Shown here: positions 9,521 to 20,178 of the stretch, one piece after another | How the letters are laid out: every line of letters begins with the position of its first letter | Numbering within the stretch: the stretch's first letter is position 1 | Source: Verrucomicrobiaceae bacterium | GTDB lineage: Bacteria; Verrucomicrobiota; Verrucomicrobiia; Verrucomicrobiales; Akkermansiaceae | Length of the DNA stretch: 64,000 bases | Reading direction: 5' to 3' | Assembly (NCBI GenBank): GCA_051252135.1 | Contig: JBPOGH010000005.1 | Location: 160,001 to 224,000 of the forward strand | The notes under the pieces: generated by a model | The model's input: only the letters and a program-made list of their open reading frames with translations | What the model was told of the DNA's origin: nothing | The model's database searches: none | Made by a program: the position numbers and the translations under genes

Positions 9521-11200
9521 CTACTCCTCCACTTCCACCGCGTAGCAGCCCAGCACCGCCTTCACCATTGCTTCTCCACTCGTCACTTCGTCATGGAGAA
9601 TGTGGTGAACCCCTTCCTTCTGAAGCTCCTCCACCCCGTTGGCAAACTTCGCCCGCGCATAGGTCACGATCCCGGGATTAAGACTCCGTGCTGACCGAAT
9701 CCCCGCAATCGCCAGACTCGGCTCCGGAAAAGTATACGCAATCGCCCGCGCACTCCCCACCTGCGCCAACGCCATCGTCTCCACCTGCGTCGCATCCGCA
9801 AAAAGCACCCGCACCCCCTGCTTATGGAGCGTCCTCACCGTCTCCGGATTCATCTCGATCACCACCACCGGCACCGACAACCGGTCCATCGCCTCATGCA
9901 AGGCCTGACCCACCGGACCATAACCGCAGATCACCACATGCTCACTTAACGCCCCCATCGAACTTGCCATCTTCAGCTCCGGCTTGCAGTCCTTCGTTCT
10001 AAAAATCGACCACTTCTCCACCCGCTGACTCACCGGCCCCGCCGCCCGCATCAGGCTCGGCACCAGAGCCATCGACACCGCCGTGCACGCCAGCAGCATC
10101 TGCTCAAGCTCCGGGCTAATCCCGCCCAAGTCCGCCGCCCGCCCCATCAGCACCAGCGAAAATTCGCCACTACTCGATAACGCCGCACCCGCCGCCAGCG
10201 CCTGCCGCACCCGCAACCCCATCCGCCGACTGATCACAAAAACAATCACCCCCTTCACCACCAAAATCCCAATCACCCCCAGCCCCACAATCCACCACGA
10301 CTCCATCACCACCTCCAGATCAATCAACAACCCCACCGACACAAAGAACACCGTCAAAAACAAATCCTTAAACGGCAACACATCCGCCAACACCCGGTGC
10401 GAATAAATCGACTCGCTCACCACCAACCCGCCCGCAAACGCCCCCAGCGCCAGACTCAACCCAAACCAATTCGCCCCCCACGCAATCGCCGCACACATCC
10501 CCACCACCGTCACCGTAAACAACTCCCGACTCCGCGAGTTCGCCACCGCATGCAGCAGATGCGGAATCACATAAAGACTCGCCACCCAACACAGACCCAA
10601 AAACAACACCCCTTTCCCCAACGCCACAAACACCGGCATCATCCCACCCGCGCCATCTCCCACCAATGCCGGCAGCACCACCATGAAAAAAATCACCGCC
10701 AAATCCTGAAAAATCGCAATCCCCAGAGCCATTCGCGCCCCCGGCGTATCCGGCTGCCCCAAATCCTGAAACGATTTGATACTCACCGCAGTCGATGACA
10801 ACGCCATCGCAAACCCCACCACCAGCAAGCCCGCTCCCCCCAGCCCAAACCCCCAACCCACCGCCATCGCAATCAGGGTCGTCACCAACATCTGCATTCC
10901 TCCCCCACCGATCACCACCTTCTTTAAGTGCATCAATTCCCGCAGCGAAAACTCAATCCCCAGCGTAAACATCAGCAACACCACCCCCAACTCGGACAAA
11001 ATCATGATCGCCTCCTCCGGCGCATCCCCCAGCAAGCGCGTCGCCCCCGTATTCGCCAACACCACCCCGCAAATAAAATACCCCACCAGCAGCGACTGAC
11101 GCGCTTTCAATAAAATCAGTGACACCAGCACCACACTCCCCAACACCATCCCCAACAACGCCACCACCGGCGCCACTTCATTACTTGCAGCAAGAACCAT
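9521..11200 (-). CDS. Cation:proton antiporter (CPA2/KefC-like) with a TrkA-N domain
   Basis: Multiple TM helices, LSSTAV, IFQDLA, C-terminal VVICGYGPVG. Confidence 0.9.
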   Translation of the reverse strand: MVLAASNEVAPVVALLGMVLGSVVLVSLILLKARQSLLVGYFICGVVLANTGATRLLGDAPEEAIMILSELGVVLLMFTLGIEFSLRELMHLKKVVIGGGGMQMLVTTLIAMAVGWGFGLGGAGLLVVGFAMALSSTAVSIKSFQDLGQPDTPGARMALGIAIFQDLAVIFFMVVLPALVGDGAGGMMPVFVALGKGVLFLGLCWVASLYVIPHLLHAVANSRSRELFTVTVVGMCAAIAWGANWFGLSLALGAFAGGLVVSESIYSHRVLADVLPFKDLFLTVFFVSVGLLIDLEVVMESWWIVGLGVIGILVVKGVIVFVISRRMGLRVRQALAAGAALSSSGEFSLVLMGRAADLGGISPELEQMLLACTAVSMALVPSLMRAAGPVSQRVEKWSIFRTKDCKPELKMASSMGALSEHVVICGYGPVGQALHEAMDRLSVPVVVIEMNPETVRTLHKQGVRVLFADATQVETMALAQVGSARAIAYTFPEPSLAIAGIRSARSLNPGIVTYARAKFANGVEELQKEGVHHILHDEVTSGEAMVKAVLGCYAVEVEE

Positions 11201-11290
11201 TGCACCGATCTTAACCGGTTCCCTCCGCTTTCCAAGCCCCTCCGCTTTTCCTCTTCACTAATTCCCTCTAAAACGGCATTCTCCCCGCAA

Positions 11291-11968
11291 ATGAAACACC
11301 TCATCCTCCTCACCTTCGCCCTCGCGTCCTCCGCGTTCGGCTTCGATATCCCGAAAGGCTCCCACCACCTCGGGCAGCTCGATCTCGCCGCCAAAAAGGC
11401 CGCCCAGGCCAAACAGCCCATCGCCTTCATCATCGCCGAGAAAAAAGGAGTCGCCACCTGAGTGGCCTGCCCCGGAGCCGTCAGTGTGTCGGCTAGCAAA
11501 GCAGTTCTTGGATTCTCAAAAAGCATCGTCGTGGACACCTCGGAGACCGCCGCTCTCCCTGCCCTCGTCAAAAATGCCTACCGCACCGGCGGAGCATCCA
11601 TCCCCATCGTCATCTTCACCGATCCCGGCATGACCCAAATTTACGGCTCCTACAATCACCCCCAGATGAAGAGCCAGAACTACGGCGAAATCTTCGCCGA
11701 CACCAAAGACAAAATCCGCGACTCCATCAAGGAAGGCACCTTCGCCCTCGGCGGAGCCGCTCCCAAAATCGCCAAAGCCGAAGGCTCCAAAGTCGAAGAA
11801 TGGACCAGCTCCAAGGGCACACCCATCAACGCCAAACTCCTCGGAATCGAAGATGATAAAATCTTCCTCTTCGCAACCGAAGGCGGAAAAACCATCCGCG
11901 CCACCGCCGATCAACTCTCAAAAGAAAGCGTCGAAAAAGCCAAAGGCATGGTCAAAGCAGCCGAATAA
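11291..11968 (+). CDS. Probable selenoprotein: signal peptide + thioredoxin-like fold (UxxC) + SHD1-like C-terminal domain
   Basis: ATG 11291 reads in frame through TGA 11459-11461 into the 11462-11968 ORF, giving ...KQPIAFII...AT-U-VAC-PGA...; Trx cis-Pro-like SIPIVIFTDP; hairpin at 11476-11494. Confidence 0.8.
11476..11494 (+). promoter_or_regulatory. Candidate bacterial SECIS
   Basis: AGCCG-T-CA-GTG-TG-T-CGGCT hairpin starting 14 nt after the TGA, with G in the apical loop. Confidence 0.5.
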
Positions 11969-11995
11969 AACAGGCGCCCTCCATCAACTTTCCCC

Positions 11996-12026
11996 AACCA
12001 TCCGTGCCCGCACGGATGGTTTTTTT
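11996..12026 (+). terminator. Intrinsic terminator
   Basis: AACCATCCGTG-CCCG-CACGGATGGTT followed by a T run. Confidence 0.85.
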
Positions 12027-12064
12027 ATTGTCCTGTTAGACGACTCCTCTAGCCTCCCAAAAGC

Positions 12065-12850
12065 ATGAAAGCCATCTTATTCATCGCCGTGATCGCCCTC
12101 ATCTGGGGCGGAGGCCAGTCCCTCTACACCAGCATTACCAACACCAAGGCCTCCACCTTCACCATTCAGGAATACATCGCGGATAAACCCGATGCCAAAT
12201 GGCTCGAACTCACCGATTGCCACCTCGACCTCACCGAGGCCGCCTATTCCTCCGGACGATTTGATACCTCAATCGACGAAGTCTTCATCCCCGTCACCAC
12301 CACCGACGGAGGAAACGGCGGACAACCCGTCCACATCCTTCTCGCTACGAAAGACAAGGAAACCATCGCCCTCCTTGAAAAAATGGCCGCCGTCGAGAGC
12401 GAAGAAGACGCCTTCAAACTCCTCATCGAAAACGCCGATCAATTCTTCCCTAAAAAAGACGTCTCCGGATTGGTCCGCTTCGGCTTGGATATGAAAGACA
12501 AGGAAGTCCGCAAACTTCGCAACCTCAATCCCAACCTCACCAAGGACTTCGTCATGATCGACGACGGCGCAAAACCAAACTGGGCCGGCGCCTTCCTCCT
12601 CCCCGCCGGACTCGGCCTTGGCTGGTTCCTCTACTGGCCCAAAAAATCCAAAGCAGCCCTCCCCCCTGAATTGCCCTCCACCGGTGCAACCCCTCCCCAA
12701 ATGCCCGACGCACCCGCATCCGCAACGGAGGACCCCGCCGTCACCAAGTTCCATTGCCCCGGATGCAATCAGAAATTCTCCGTCCCCTCGGATCAAAGCG
12801 GACAGCAGATCGATTGCCCCCAATGCCAGTCCTCCATGCTCGTCCCCTGA
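12065..12850 (+). CDS. Membrane-anchored hypothetical protein with a C-terminal zinc ribbon
   Basis: N-terminal hydrophobic segment, a second TM, a Pro-rich linker and CPGC...CPQC. Confidence 0.75.
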   Translation: MKAILFIAVIALIWGGGQSLYTSITNTKASTFTIQEYIADKPDAKWLELTDCHLDLTEAAYSSGRFDTSIDEVFIPVTTTDGGNGGQPVHILLATKDKETIALLEKMAAVESEEDAFKLLIENADQFFPKKDVSGLVRFGLDMKDKEVRKLRNLNPNLTKDFVMIDDGAKPNWAGAFLLPAGLGLGWFLYWPKKSKAALPPELPSTGATPPQMPDAPASATEDPAVTKFHCPGCNQKFSVPSDQSGQQIDCPQCQSSMLVP

Positions 12851-12857
12851 GCCGACC

Positions 12858-14177
12858 TCAATCGTCCTTCGAGACCACCTCGTAAATCACCGGCTGGCCA
12901 CTCGCCTGCGCCTCGGTGATTGCGATCGCCTGACGCACCCGCTCGGACGCGCGCGCCACTTCCTCCTCACTCTGCCCGTGCACCACGCACAGCGGATCTC
13001 CCGCCTCCACTTTGCCCCCCAGATCAATGAATCCGCTCAATCCCACCGCGTAATCAATCCCATCCTCGGCCCGTCTCCGCCCCCCGCCCAACTCCACCAC
13101 CGCCATCCCCAGCTCGCGCGTATCAATCTGCGCCACCCAACCGCCTTCGCGAGCCGCCACCTCCCGCCGAATCGGTGCAACCGGAAGATACTCCGATGCC
13201 CGCTCAATCAAATCACTCGGCCCACCCAGCCCGGACACCATCTTCCCAAAAACCTCCGCCGCCCGTCCGGACGTCAGCGCCTTCCTCACCTGCTTCTTCC
13301 CATCCTCCCGGTCTCTGGCCAACCCACCCAGCACCAACAGCTCCGCCGAAAGACCCACCACCACCGTCTCCAGCCGGGACCTCTCACCCTCTCCCCGTAA
13401 AAACTTCACCGCATCCAGCACCTCCAGCGCATTCCCCGCCGCGCCCGCCAACGGCTCGTTCATATCTGTCACCAGCGCACTCGTCGTCACCCCCGCACCA
13501 TTCGCCACGCCCACAATGCTCTTCGCCAACGCCAGAGCATCGGCATAATCCTTCATAAAGGCCCCGCTCCCCGTCTTCACATCCATCACCAGCGCATCCA
13601 GCCCCGCCGCCAGCTTCTTCGATAAAATGGAAGCCGTGATCAAATCGATCGACTCCACCGTCGCCGTAATATCCCGCGTCGCATAAAAGCGCTTATCCGC
13701 CGGAGCGAGATCACCCGTCTGCCCGATAATCGCCACCCCGCACCCCTTCACCACCTCCCGGAAAAGCGCGTTGCTCGGCATCGTTTGATACCCCGGAATA
13801 CTATCCAGCTTGTCCAGCGTCCCCCCCGTGTGCCCCAGTCCCCGCCCCGAAATCATCGGCACATACCCCCCGCAGGCCGCCACCAGCGGCCCCAACATCA
13901 GCGAAACATTGTCACCCACCCCGCCCGTCGAGTGCTTGTCAATCACCGGCCCATCCATCCCCGGCCATGTCAGAACCTCCCCAGAATCCCGCATCCCCTC
14001 CGTCAGCGCCACCCGCTCATCCAGAGTCATCCCCTGAAAAAACACCGCCATCGCAAACGCCGCAATCTGACCCTCCGAGATCGATCCGTCACCAATCCCC
14101 CTCGAAAAAAAGGCAATCTCTTCCCGGGAGAGCACCTCGCCCTCACGCTTCTTCCGAATAATCTCCTGGGGTAACAT
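12858..14177 (-). CDS. deoA: Thymidine phosphorylase
   Basis: [36 protein letters not shown] and [13 protein letters not shown] motifs. Confidence 0.95.
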   Translation of the reverse strand: MLPQEIIRKKREGEVLSREEIAFFSRGIGDGSISEGQIAAFAMAVFFQGMTLDERVALTEGMRDSGEVLTWPGMDGPVIDKHSTGGVGDNVSLMLGPLVAACGGYVPMISGRGLGHTGGTLDKLDSIPGYQTMPSNALFREVVKGCGVAIIGQTGDLAPADKRFYATRDITATVESIDLITASILSKKLAAGLDALVMDVKTGSGAFMKDYADALALAKSIVGVANGAGVTTSALVTDMNEPLAGAAGNALEVLDAVKFLRGEGERSRLETVVVGLSAELLVLGGLARDREDGKKQVRKALTSGRAAEVFGKMVSGLGGPSDLIERASEYLPVAPIRREVAAREGGWVAQIDTRELGMAVVELGGGRRRAEDGIDYAVGLSGFIDLGGKVEAGDPLCVVHGQSEEEVARASERVRQAIAITEAQASGQPVIYEVVSKDD

Positions 14178-14211
14178 CTCAAAAGAAGCATGACGGCCTT
14201 TCCCGCCCGGC

Positions 14212-14382
14212 TCAACCCAGGAAGCGCTCCGAGATCATTTTCCAAATCTCACCCCCCAAAAAGATTCCCACAATCCCCGCAATCCCCGCCCACACCGGCG
14301 GCGCAGGAAGCGGCAGTTTCAACCCGGAAAAAATCAACCCCACCAGAATCCCCGTCCCAAGCGCTCCCAAAATTGTCATCAT
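14212..14382 (-). CDS. XapX (DUF1427)-domain small membrane protein
   Basis: [40 protein letters not shown] upstream; directly upstream of deoA. Confidence 0.8.
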   Translation of the reverse strand: MMTILGALGTGILVGLIFSGLKLPLPAPPVWAGIAGIVGIFLGGEIWKMISERFLG

Positions 14383-14486
14383 GCCTCCATCATCCCCTCT
14401 TCCAGCCCCTTCCACAATCCGATTCTCTTTCCCCTCTTTCCCACTTCCAAGACCTGTGCTAATTTCATAGAACCCGCGCCAACAAC

Positions 14487-17462
14487 ATGAAGCACCTCAT
14501 TTTTGCTCTCCTTCCCTTCATCGCACAAGCCGACCTTGTGATCACCGAAGTGATGTCCTCCAGTAATCACTCCAACTCCACCATCGACGGTGACTGGTGG
14601 GAACTCACCAACAACGGAACCACCGCCGTCAATCTCTCCGGATACCGCTGGGATGATGAGAGTAACATTCCCTCCACCCACGTCTTCCCCTCCTACTCCC
14701 TCCCCGCCGGTGCCTCCTGCATCATGCTGGATGAAGCCACCACCGCCTCCATCACCCCCTTCCGCAACGCCTGGGGCATTCCGGCTTCCGTGAAAATCTT
14801 CGTCGCTTCCGACTTCGGCGGCTTCGCCGGATTCAGCGGAGGAAATGGCGACACCCTCTATCTCTACAATGCCTTCAATGTCGTGGTCGACTCGTTCAGC
14901 TTCGGCGCGGCCACCGGCGGACAATCCTTTGCATTCTTCGTCGATGGCTCGCCCGTTCCCGGCGGCCTGAGCATCGATGGCGAATTTGGTGCCAAAAAAA
15001 GCAGCCAAGCTCCTGCCGACACCGGCTCTCCGGGCTCCGCACCCCCCCTTCCTTCCCCCCTCCCTCCCGTCTTCATCGCCCCCTTCAAGACCTACTGGCC
15101 CGCTAACCGGAACCTCAGCACCTCGGAATTTCGCATCACCGCACAGGACCCCAATCCCGCCGACACCATCACCATCTCCACCATCTCCAAACCCGCTTGG
15201 CTCACCATCACCGATCTCGGTGGCGGCAAAGCCCAACTCTCGGGCACCCCTACCGATGCCGAAGTAGGCACCCACACCTTCCAGGTCCAGGCCGCCGATA
15301 ACAGCGGAGCCACCACCCCTTCCACCCAGACCTACACCATCCAGGTCCTCCCCGCCACCAGCCCCATTATCCTCAACGAGTATAATGCCGTCGGTCCTGA
15401 CAAGTTCCTCAATAACGACATCGAAGGCGCCATGGGGGCCGCCACCGATTCCTTCTTCGGCCAGGTCGCCGGCAATGGTGGCCAGTGGATCGAGCTCGTC
15501 GTCCTCGGCATCCCCGGTGAAGGCCCCACCTTCGATATCCGCGGCGGAAGAATCGAGATCGTCAGCGCTGACAGCACCCGCATCATCAAGCTCTCGGAAA
15601 ACATCGCCCTCTCGGAAATCCCCGTCGGCACCATCCTCACTCTCAGTGACACCCAGCCCTCCGAGCTCAATATGAACAGCCAGCTCACCTCCAATGGAAC
15701 CATCTGGAGCAATATCTGGATGTATGACCCCATCCTCATTGACCAGAGCGCCAGCACCCACCCCGCCATTCCCGCCATCGGCTCCAGTGACACCACCATC
15801 TCCATCTTCGCTCCCGATGGCACCCACGTCTACGGCCCCAGCGGCGAGTCCGTCGGCGCCTCCGATTCCAATGCCAACGGAATCCCCGACGACCTGATCA
15901 ACATCAACGATACCGAAGTCTACCGACTCGAGCAAAACCCCTCCGCCACCGTCGACCCCCTCTTCGGCCTCTACGATGACGGGTCCTCCTCATCCTTCGG
16001 TTCCCCAAATGTCTGGAGCAACAACACCATGACCCAGTCCTTTGCCTCCTTCATCCAAAGCAACTCCCCCCCCACCTTTGGAACTCTCCCCTCCCATTTT
16101 GCGGTCCGCGGACAATACAACGAGACCATCACCTCCATCGACCCCCAGGCCCAGGGCGTCACCATCTCCGCCCTCACCCTTCCCTCCTTCCTCACCTTCA
16201 CCGATGGCGGCACCGGATCGGCCTCCATCGTCAACAACCGCCCGCTCACCACCTCGGACATGGGCACCTATGAGATCGTCATCGTTGCCAATGATGGACA
16301 ACCCACTCTCAACCGCTCCTATTACGCCTACCAACTCACTGTCGTAAACCCCGCTCCCGCCGTTCTCTTGAACGAATACAACGCCGTCAGCGACACCAAA
16401 TTCCTCAACGGAGGCACCGCCTTCGCAGATGAAGACGGAGCACCCAATGCCGCCGATGCCCACTTCGGCCGCGTCACCGGAAACGGCGGCGATTGGTTCG
16501 AGCTCGTCGTCGTTGGCGACGGCACCACCGGCACCACCGACCTCCGTGGCTGGACCATCGAAATCGGCCAAGTCGGAGACTCCAAAGTCCTCGTGCCCCG
16601 GACCACCATCAGCCTGACTGCTGATTCACGCTGGGCTGCCGTTCGCAATGGCACCATTCTCACCTTCATCGCCAAAAATACCGCGGCCGGCGGACTCAAC
16701 ACCGACATCCTCCGCCAGGACCGCTTCGATACCGACGGCTGGGGCTGGAGCAACATCTACCTTGGCGACGGCAGCCTAGTCACCGGAGTCACCCTCGCAA
16801 ATATCGAAATCGATTCCAATAACACCCAGTTCCGCATCCTGGATAACACCGGATTCGTCGTCTTCGGCCCCGTCGGTGAAGGCGTCATCCCCTCAATCAA
16901 TGTCGGCAGCACCGAGATTTTCGAACTCGAAGGCGATCCCCGACCCACCATCGCCTTCACCGATAACGCCAGCGGCACCGACCAACAGGGATACGATGAC
17001 TCATCCAGCGCCTCCACCTTTGGAGCGCCTAACGTCTTCACCCCACCCTTCGGCGGAACCACCACCCGCCCCCAGGACTTCACTCCCTACATCTTCATCC
17101 CATCCACCTACGCCAACTGGGCCACCGGCTTCGGAATCGGCGCCCAGGCTCAAACCGATGACAATGACAATGACGGCTGGAACAACCTCGAGGAATACCT
17201 CTTCGGAGGCGACCCCACCCTCGGCTCCTCACAACCAGGCAACATCATCGACTCAACCGAGGGCAGCGTTTCATTCAACGTCCGCAGTGACGACCCCACC
17301 TATTCCTTCATGGGTCAACGCAGTGGCGACCTCATCAATTGGGTCACCGAAGGCCTCACCGAAACCACCGGTCCCTCGGCTCTTGGGGCAAGTTTCAATC
17401 AATTGAAGCTCACTTTCGATGGTGAAGCCGACCGCCAGTTCTTCCGCGTCATCCCCCAGTAG
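14487..17462 (+). CDS. Secreted multidomain protein with lamin-tail-like and Ig-like domains
   Basis: Signal peptide; LVITEVM...DWWELTN; duplicated (I/L)LNEYNAV...GNGGxWxELVV modules; C-terminal DNDNDGWNNLEEYLFGGDP. Confidence 0.8.
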   Translation: MKHLIFALLPFIAQADLVITEVMSSSNHSNSTIDGDWWELTNNGTTAVNLSGYRWDDESNIPSTHVFPSYSLPAGASCIMLDEATTASITPFRNAWGIPASVKIFVASDFGGFAGFSGGNGDTLYLYNAFNVVVDSFSFGAATGGQSFAFFVDGSPVPGGLSIDGEFGAKKSSQAPADTGSPGSAPPLPSPLPPVFIAPFKTYWPANRNLSTSEFRITAQDPNPADTITISTISKPAWLTITDLGGGKAQLSGTPTDAEVGTHTFQVQAADNSGATTPSTQTYTIQVLPATSPIILNEYNAVGPDKFLNNDIEGAMGAATDSFFGQVAGNGGQWIELVVLGIPGEGPTFDIRGGRIEIVSADSTRIIKLSENIALSEIPVGTILTLSDTQPSELNMNSQLTSNGTIWSNIWMYDPILIDQSASTHPAIPAIGSSDTTISIFAPDGTHVYGPSGESVGASDSNANGIPDDLININDTEVYRLEQNPSATVDPLFGLYDDGSSSSFGSPNVWSNNTMTQSFASFIQSNSPPTFGTLPSHFAVRGQYNETITSIDPQAQGVTISALTLPSFLTFTDGGTGSASIVNNRPLTTSDMGTYEIVIVANDGQPTLNRSYYAYQLTVVNPAPAVLLNEYNAVSDTKFLNGGTAFADEDGAPNAADAHFGRVTGNGGDWFELVVVGDGTTGTTDLRGWTIEIGQVGDSKVLVPRTTISLTADSRWAAVRNGTILTFIAKNTAAGGLNTDILRQDRFDTDGWGWSNIYLGDGSLVTGVTLANIEIDSNNTQFRILDNTGFVVFGPVGEGVIPSINVGSTEIFELEGDPRPTIAFTDNASGTDQQGYDDSSSASTFGAPNVFTPPFGGTTTRPQDFTPYIFIPSTYANWATGFGIGAQAQTDDNDNDGWNNLEEYLFGGDPTLGSSQPGNIIDSTEGSVSFNVRSDDPTYSFMGQRSGDLINWVTEGLTETTGPSALGASFNQLKLTFDGEADRQFFRVIPQ

Positions 17463-17482
17463 GGATTCTTAAAAGGCGCTGA

Positions 17483-18391
17483 TTAAGAAGCCTTCTTCAG
17501 CGCCTTGGCGGCCCGTTTTTCAATCGCTCCGGCCGCCTTCTCTTCCCCGATGTGGTTAAGCACATCGACATAGTTTGCCGCAACCGTTTCATACTCCGCC
17601 GTGCACTCCTTGATATTGCCCTCATAGGCATCCAGCGCGCGGTCAAAATGACGCTTCGCCGCATCCATATCGTCACTTTGAACAAAGACGAGAGCCAAAT
17701 TGGCATGGGATTGCGCCGTATCCAGATTGTGATCTCCAAAAAGCTTCGTCCGCGTCTCCAGCGCCATCATGTGCATCTCCCGGGCCTGCTCGAGATAGTC
17801 CGCCTTGAAGTAAAGGCTGCCCACATTGTTGCAGATACTCGCCGTTTGCTCGTGCTCCTGCCCCAACGTCTCATGGGAAATCCGCAGCGCTTTCAATAGC
17901 AGCGTTTCTGCCTGATCAAAATTATCCTCGGCCTCGTAAATGAACGCCAGATTGTTGCTCAAATCAGCAACATCCAGAAGCGATGGCGGACTCATCCGCT
18001 CAAAGCAGGCGATCGAACGCTCATACTTGGACTTCGCCTCCATCGTCCGACCCTCCAGATCATGGATCACCGCCTGACTCGCACACACCCGGCCCACCGC
18101 TTCCTCGTTGTTTCGACCCTTGCTCAAAATCGAGAGCGCCTCGTCGTAATTCTCCATCGCATCATCGTAATCCCCCAGCTGCCGGAACAAATCTCCCTGC
18201 ACCTCCAGAGCCAGCGAGAGCTCCTCCTCGGAATACAAATCATCACTCATGCTCGTCCGCGCCTTCTCTACCGCCGTCTCGGCAGCGTGGCGGGCTTCGT
18301 CGATTTTGCCTTCGTCCAACAAATTTCGCACCCGATCTTCGAGCATGTGGAGGAGGTTGGCCGTTCCGGATTCCATGGTGATTGATGACAT
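17483..18391 (-). CDS. Tetratricopeptide repeat protein
   Basis: Repeated NNLA/NNVG...ALE..TKLFG.H.DTA units of kinesin-light-chain-type TPRs; start codon uncertain. Confidence 0.85.
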   Translation of the reverse strand: MSSITMESGTANLLHMLEDRVRNLLDEGKIDEARHAAETAVEKARTSMSDDLYSEEELSLALEVQGDLFRQLGDYDDAMENYDEALSILSKGRNNEEAVGRVCASQAVIHDLEGRTMEAKSKYERSIACFERMSPPSLLDVADLSNNLAFIYEAEDNFDQAETLLLKALRISHETLGQEHEQTASICNNVGSLYFKADYLEQAREMHMMALETRTKLFGDHNLDTAQSHANLALVFVQSDDMDAAKRHFDRALDAYEGNIKECTAEYETVAANYVDVLNHIGEEKAAGAIEKRAAKALKKAS

Positions 18392-18432
18392 ATTGGCGCA
18401 AGGGTGATTTTGCACCAGCGTTTTAATCACGA

Positions 18433-18954
18433 TCAGGACAAAAGATCAAGGCAGTGATCTCGGGACGTCGGAAGCCTCCCATACGCCCGCAGGATCGCAC
18501 TCTGGCTCGTATCCCCCAACCCCAACAAACGCGCCACTTCGGCCTCAAAATGCAAGAAACCCCGCCGATCCGCCCCTTTTTCCACCAAATACCCCAATCC
18601 CCGCTGCAACAGGTCAAACATCTCCGGCACCGGATGATCCAATTCCAGCACCATCTCCAGCAACTGCCCAAAATACGCCGCCACCACCGAATCCCGGTAA
18701 CTCCTCCGCAACGCCGCCCGATAATCCACCACATGCACCTCCCTCAACCCGTGCAGCTCCGAGCGCGAACTCCGCGTCCACTCCAACTCCCCCTCGATAA
18801 ATAAATCAATTCGCCCCGCAAACGAACTCTTCGCCCGCCGCGCCCCCTTCGCCACCGTCTTGATCAAACCCGCATCCTCGGTCAGCCAGTGCACAATAAG
18901 ACTCGTCTCAGTCAGGCGCGTGAGACGGATGATCGTGCCCCGGGCGCGCTCCAT
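18433..18954 (-). CDS. recO: DNA repair protein RecO (short form)
   Basis: ETSLIVHWLTEDAGLIKTVAKGARRAKSSFAGRIDLF. Confidence 0.85.
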   Translation of the reverse strand: MERARGTIIRLTRLTETSLIVHWLTEDAGLIKTVAKGARRAKSSFAGRIDLFIEGELEWTRSSRSELHGLREVHVVDYRAALRRSYRDSVVAAYFGQLLEMVLELDHPVPEMFDLLQRGLGYLVEKGADRRGFLHFEAEVARLLGLGDTSQSAILRAYGRLPTSRDHCLDLLS

Positions 18955-19037
18955 GCCCCCCAAAGATCACGGCGATCAACCGCAAATTCAATATTCAATT
19001 GACCCGCATCTTGCTCACCAGTACCCACTCCTCACAC

Positions 19038-20154
19038 ATGGCAAACGAAACCATCGCTGACCTCCTGGCGGTCGATACCAGGTCTCTCGAGGACCGGGTA
19101 TCCGAACTCAGGAGGTACCTTTGACGTCCCCGCTCTCACCGCCGCGGTCTCCAAACTCGAAGACCAGGCCGCCCATCCCGAATTCTGGAACGACCAGGAC
19201 AAGGCTCGCTCCGTCCTCGCCGAAACCAAGCGCCTCAAGGACAAGCTCCTCCCCTTCCTGAAGATCGAAAAGGACTTCGAGAACATCCGCGCCAGCATCG
19301 AACTCGCCAAGGAATTCGATGACCTCGATTCCGCCAAAGAAGCCAACTCCAGCTTCGCCGACCTCGAAAAAAGCGTCGAAAGCTTCGAGGTCATCACCCT
19401 CCTCGACTCCCCAACCGACCCCTCCAATGCCTACGTCACCATCCAGGCCGGAGCCGGCGGGACCGAAGCCTGCGACTGGGCCGGCATGCTCCTCCGCATG
19501 TACCAACGCTGGGCCGAAAATCACGGCTACACCGTCACCACCACCGACTACCAGGAGGGCGACGGCGCCGGCATCTCCTCCGCTTCGCTAAAAGTCGACG
19601 GCGAATACGCATACGGATACCTTAAGAACGAACGCGGCGTCCACCGCCTCGTCCGCATCTCCCCCTTCGATAGCGCCGGCAAACGACACACCTCCTTCGC
19701 TTCCTTCGATGTCACCCCGGAAATCGATGACTCCATCGTCATCGAAATCCCCGACTCCGACGTCGAAATCTCCACCACCCGCTCCGGCGGAAAAGGCGGC
19801 CAAAACGTCAACAAGGTCGAGACCGCCGTCATCCTCAAACACAAGCCCACCGGCATCGTCATCCGCTCCACCCAGGAACGCTCCCAACTCCGCAACCGCG
19901 AACTCGCCTGGGAAACCCTCCGCGCCAAACTCTACCAAATTGAGGAAGACAAACAACGCGCTGATGCCGACCGCGAATACTCCGAAAAAGGAGAAATCGG
20001 CTGGGGCAGCCAAATCCGCTCCTACGTCTTCCAGCCCTACCAGATGGTCAAAGACCTCCGCACCGGGCACGAGACAGGCAACATCCAGTCCGTCATGGAT
20101 GGAGACATCGATGGCTTCATCGAAGCCATGCTCCGCGGCGAAACCCGGAAGTAA
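19038..20154 (+). CDS. prfB: Peptide chain release factor 2, with programmed +1 frameshift
   Basis: ATG 19038 is in frame to AGGAGG-TAC-CTT-TGA-C (19110-19125); the +1 frame contains [11 protein letters not shown] and WGSQIRSYV. Confidence 0.95.
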
Positions 20155-20178
20155 CCGCCGCGGTAAAGCCCTCCGTCC

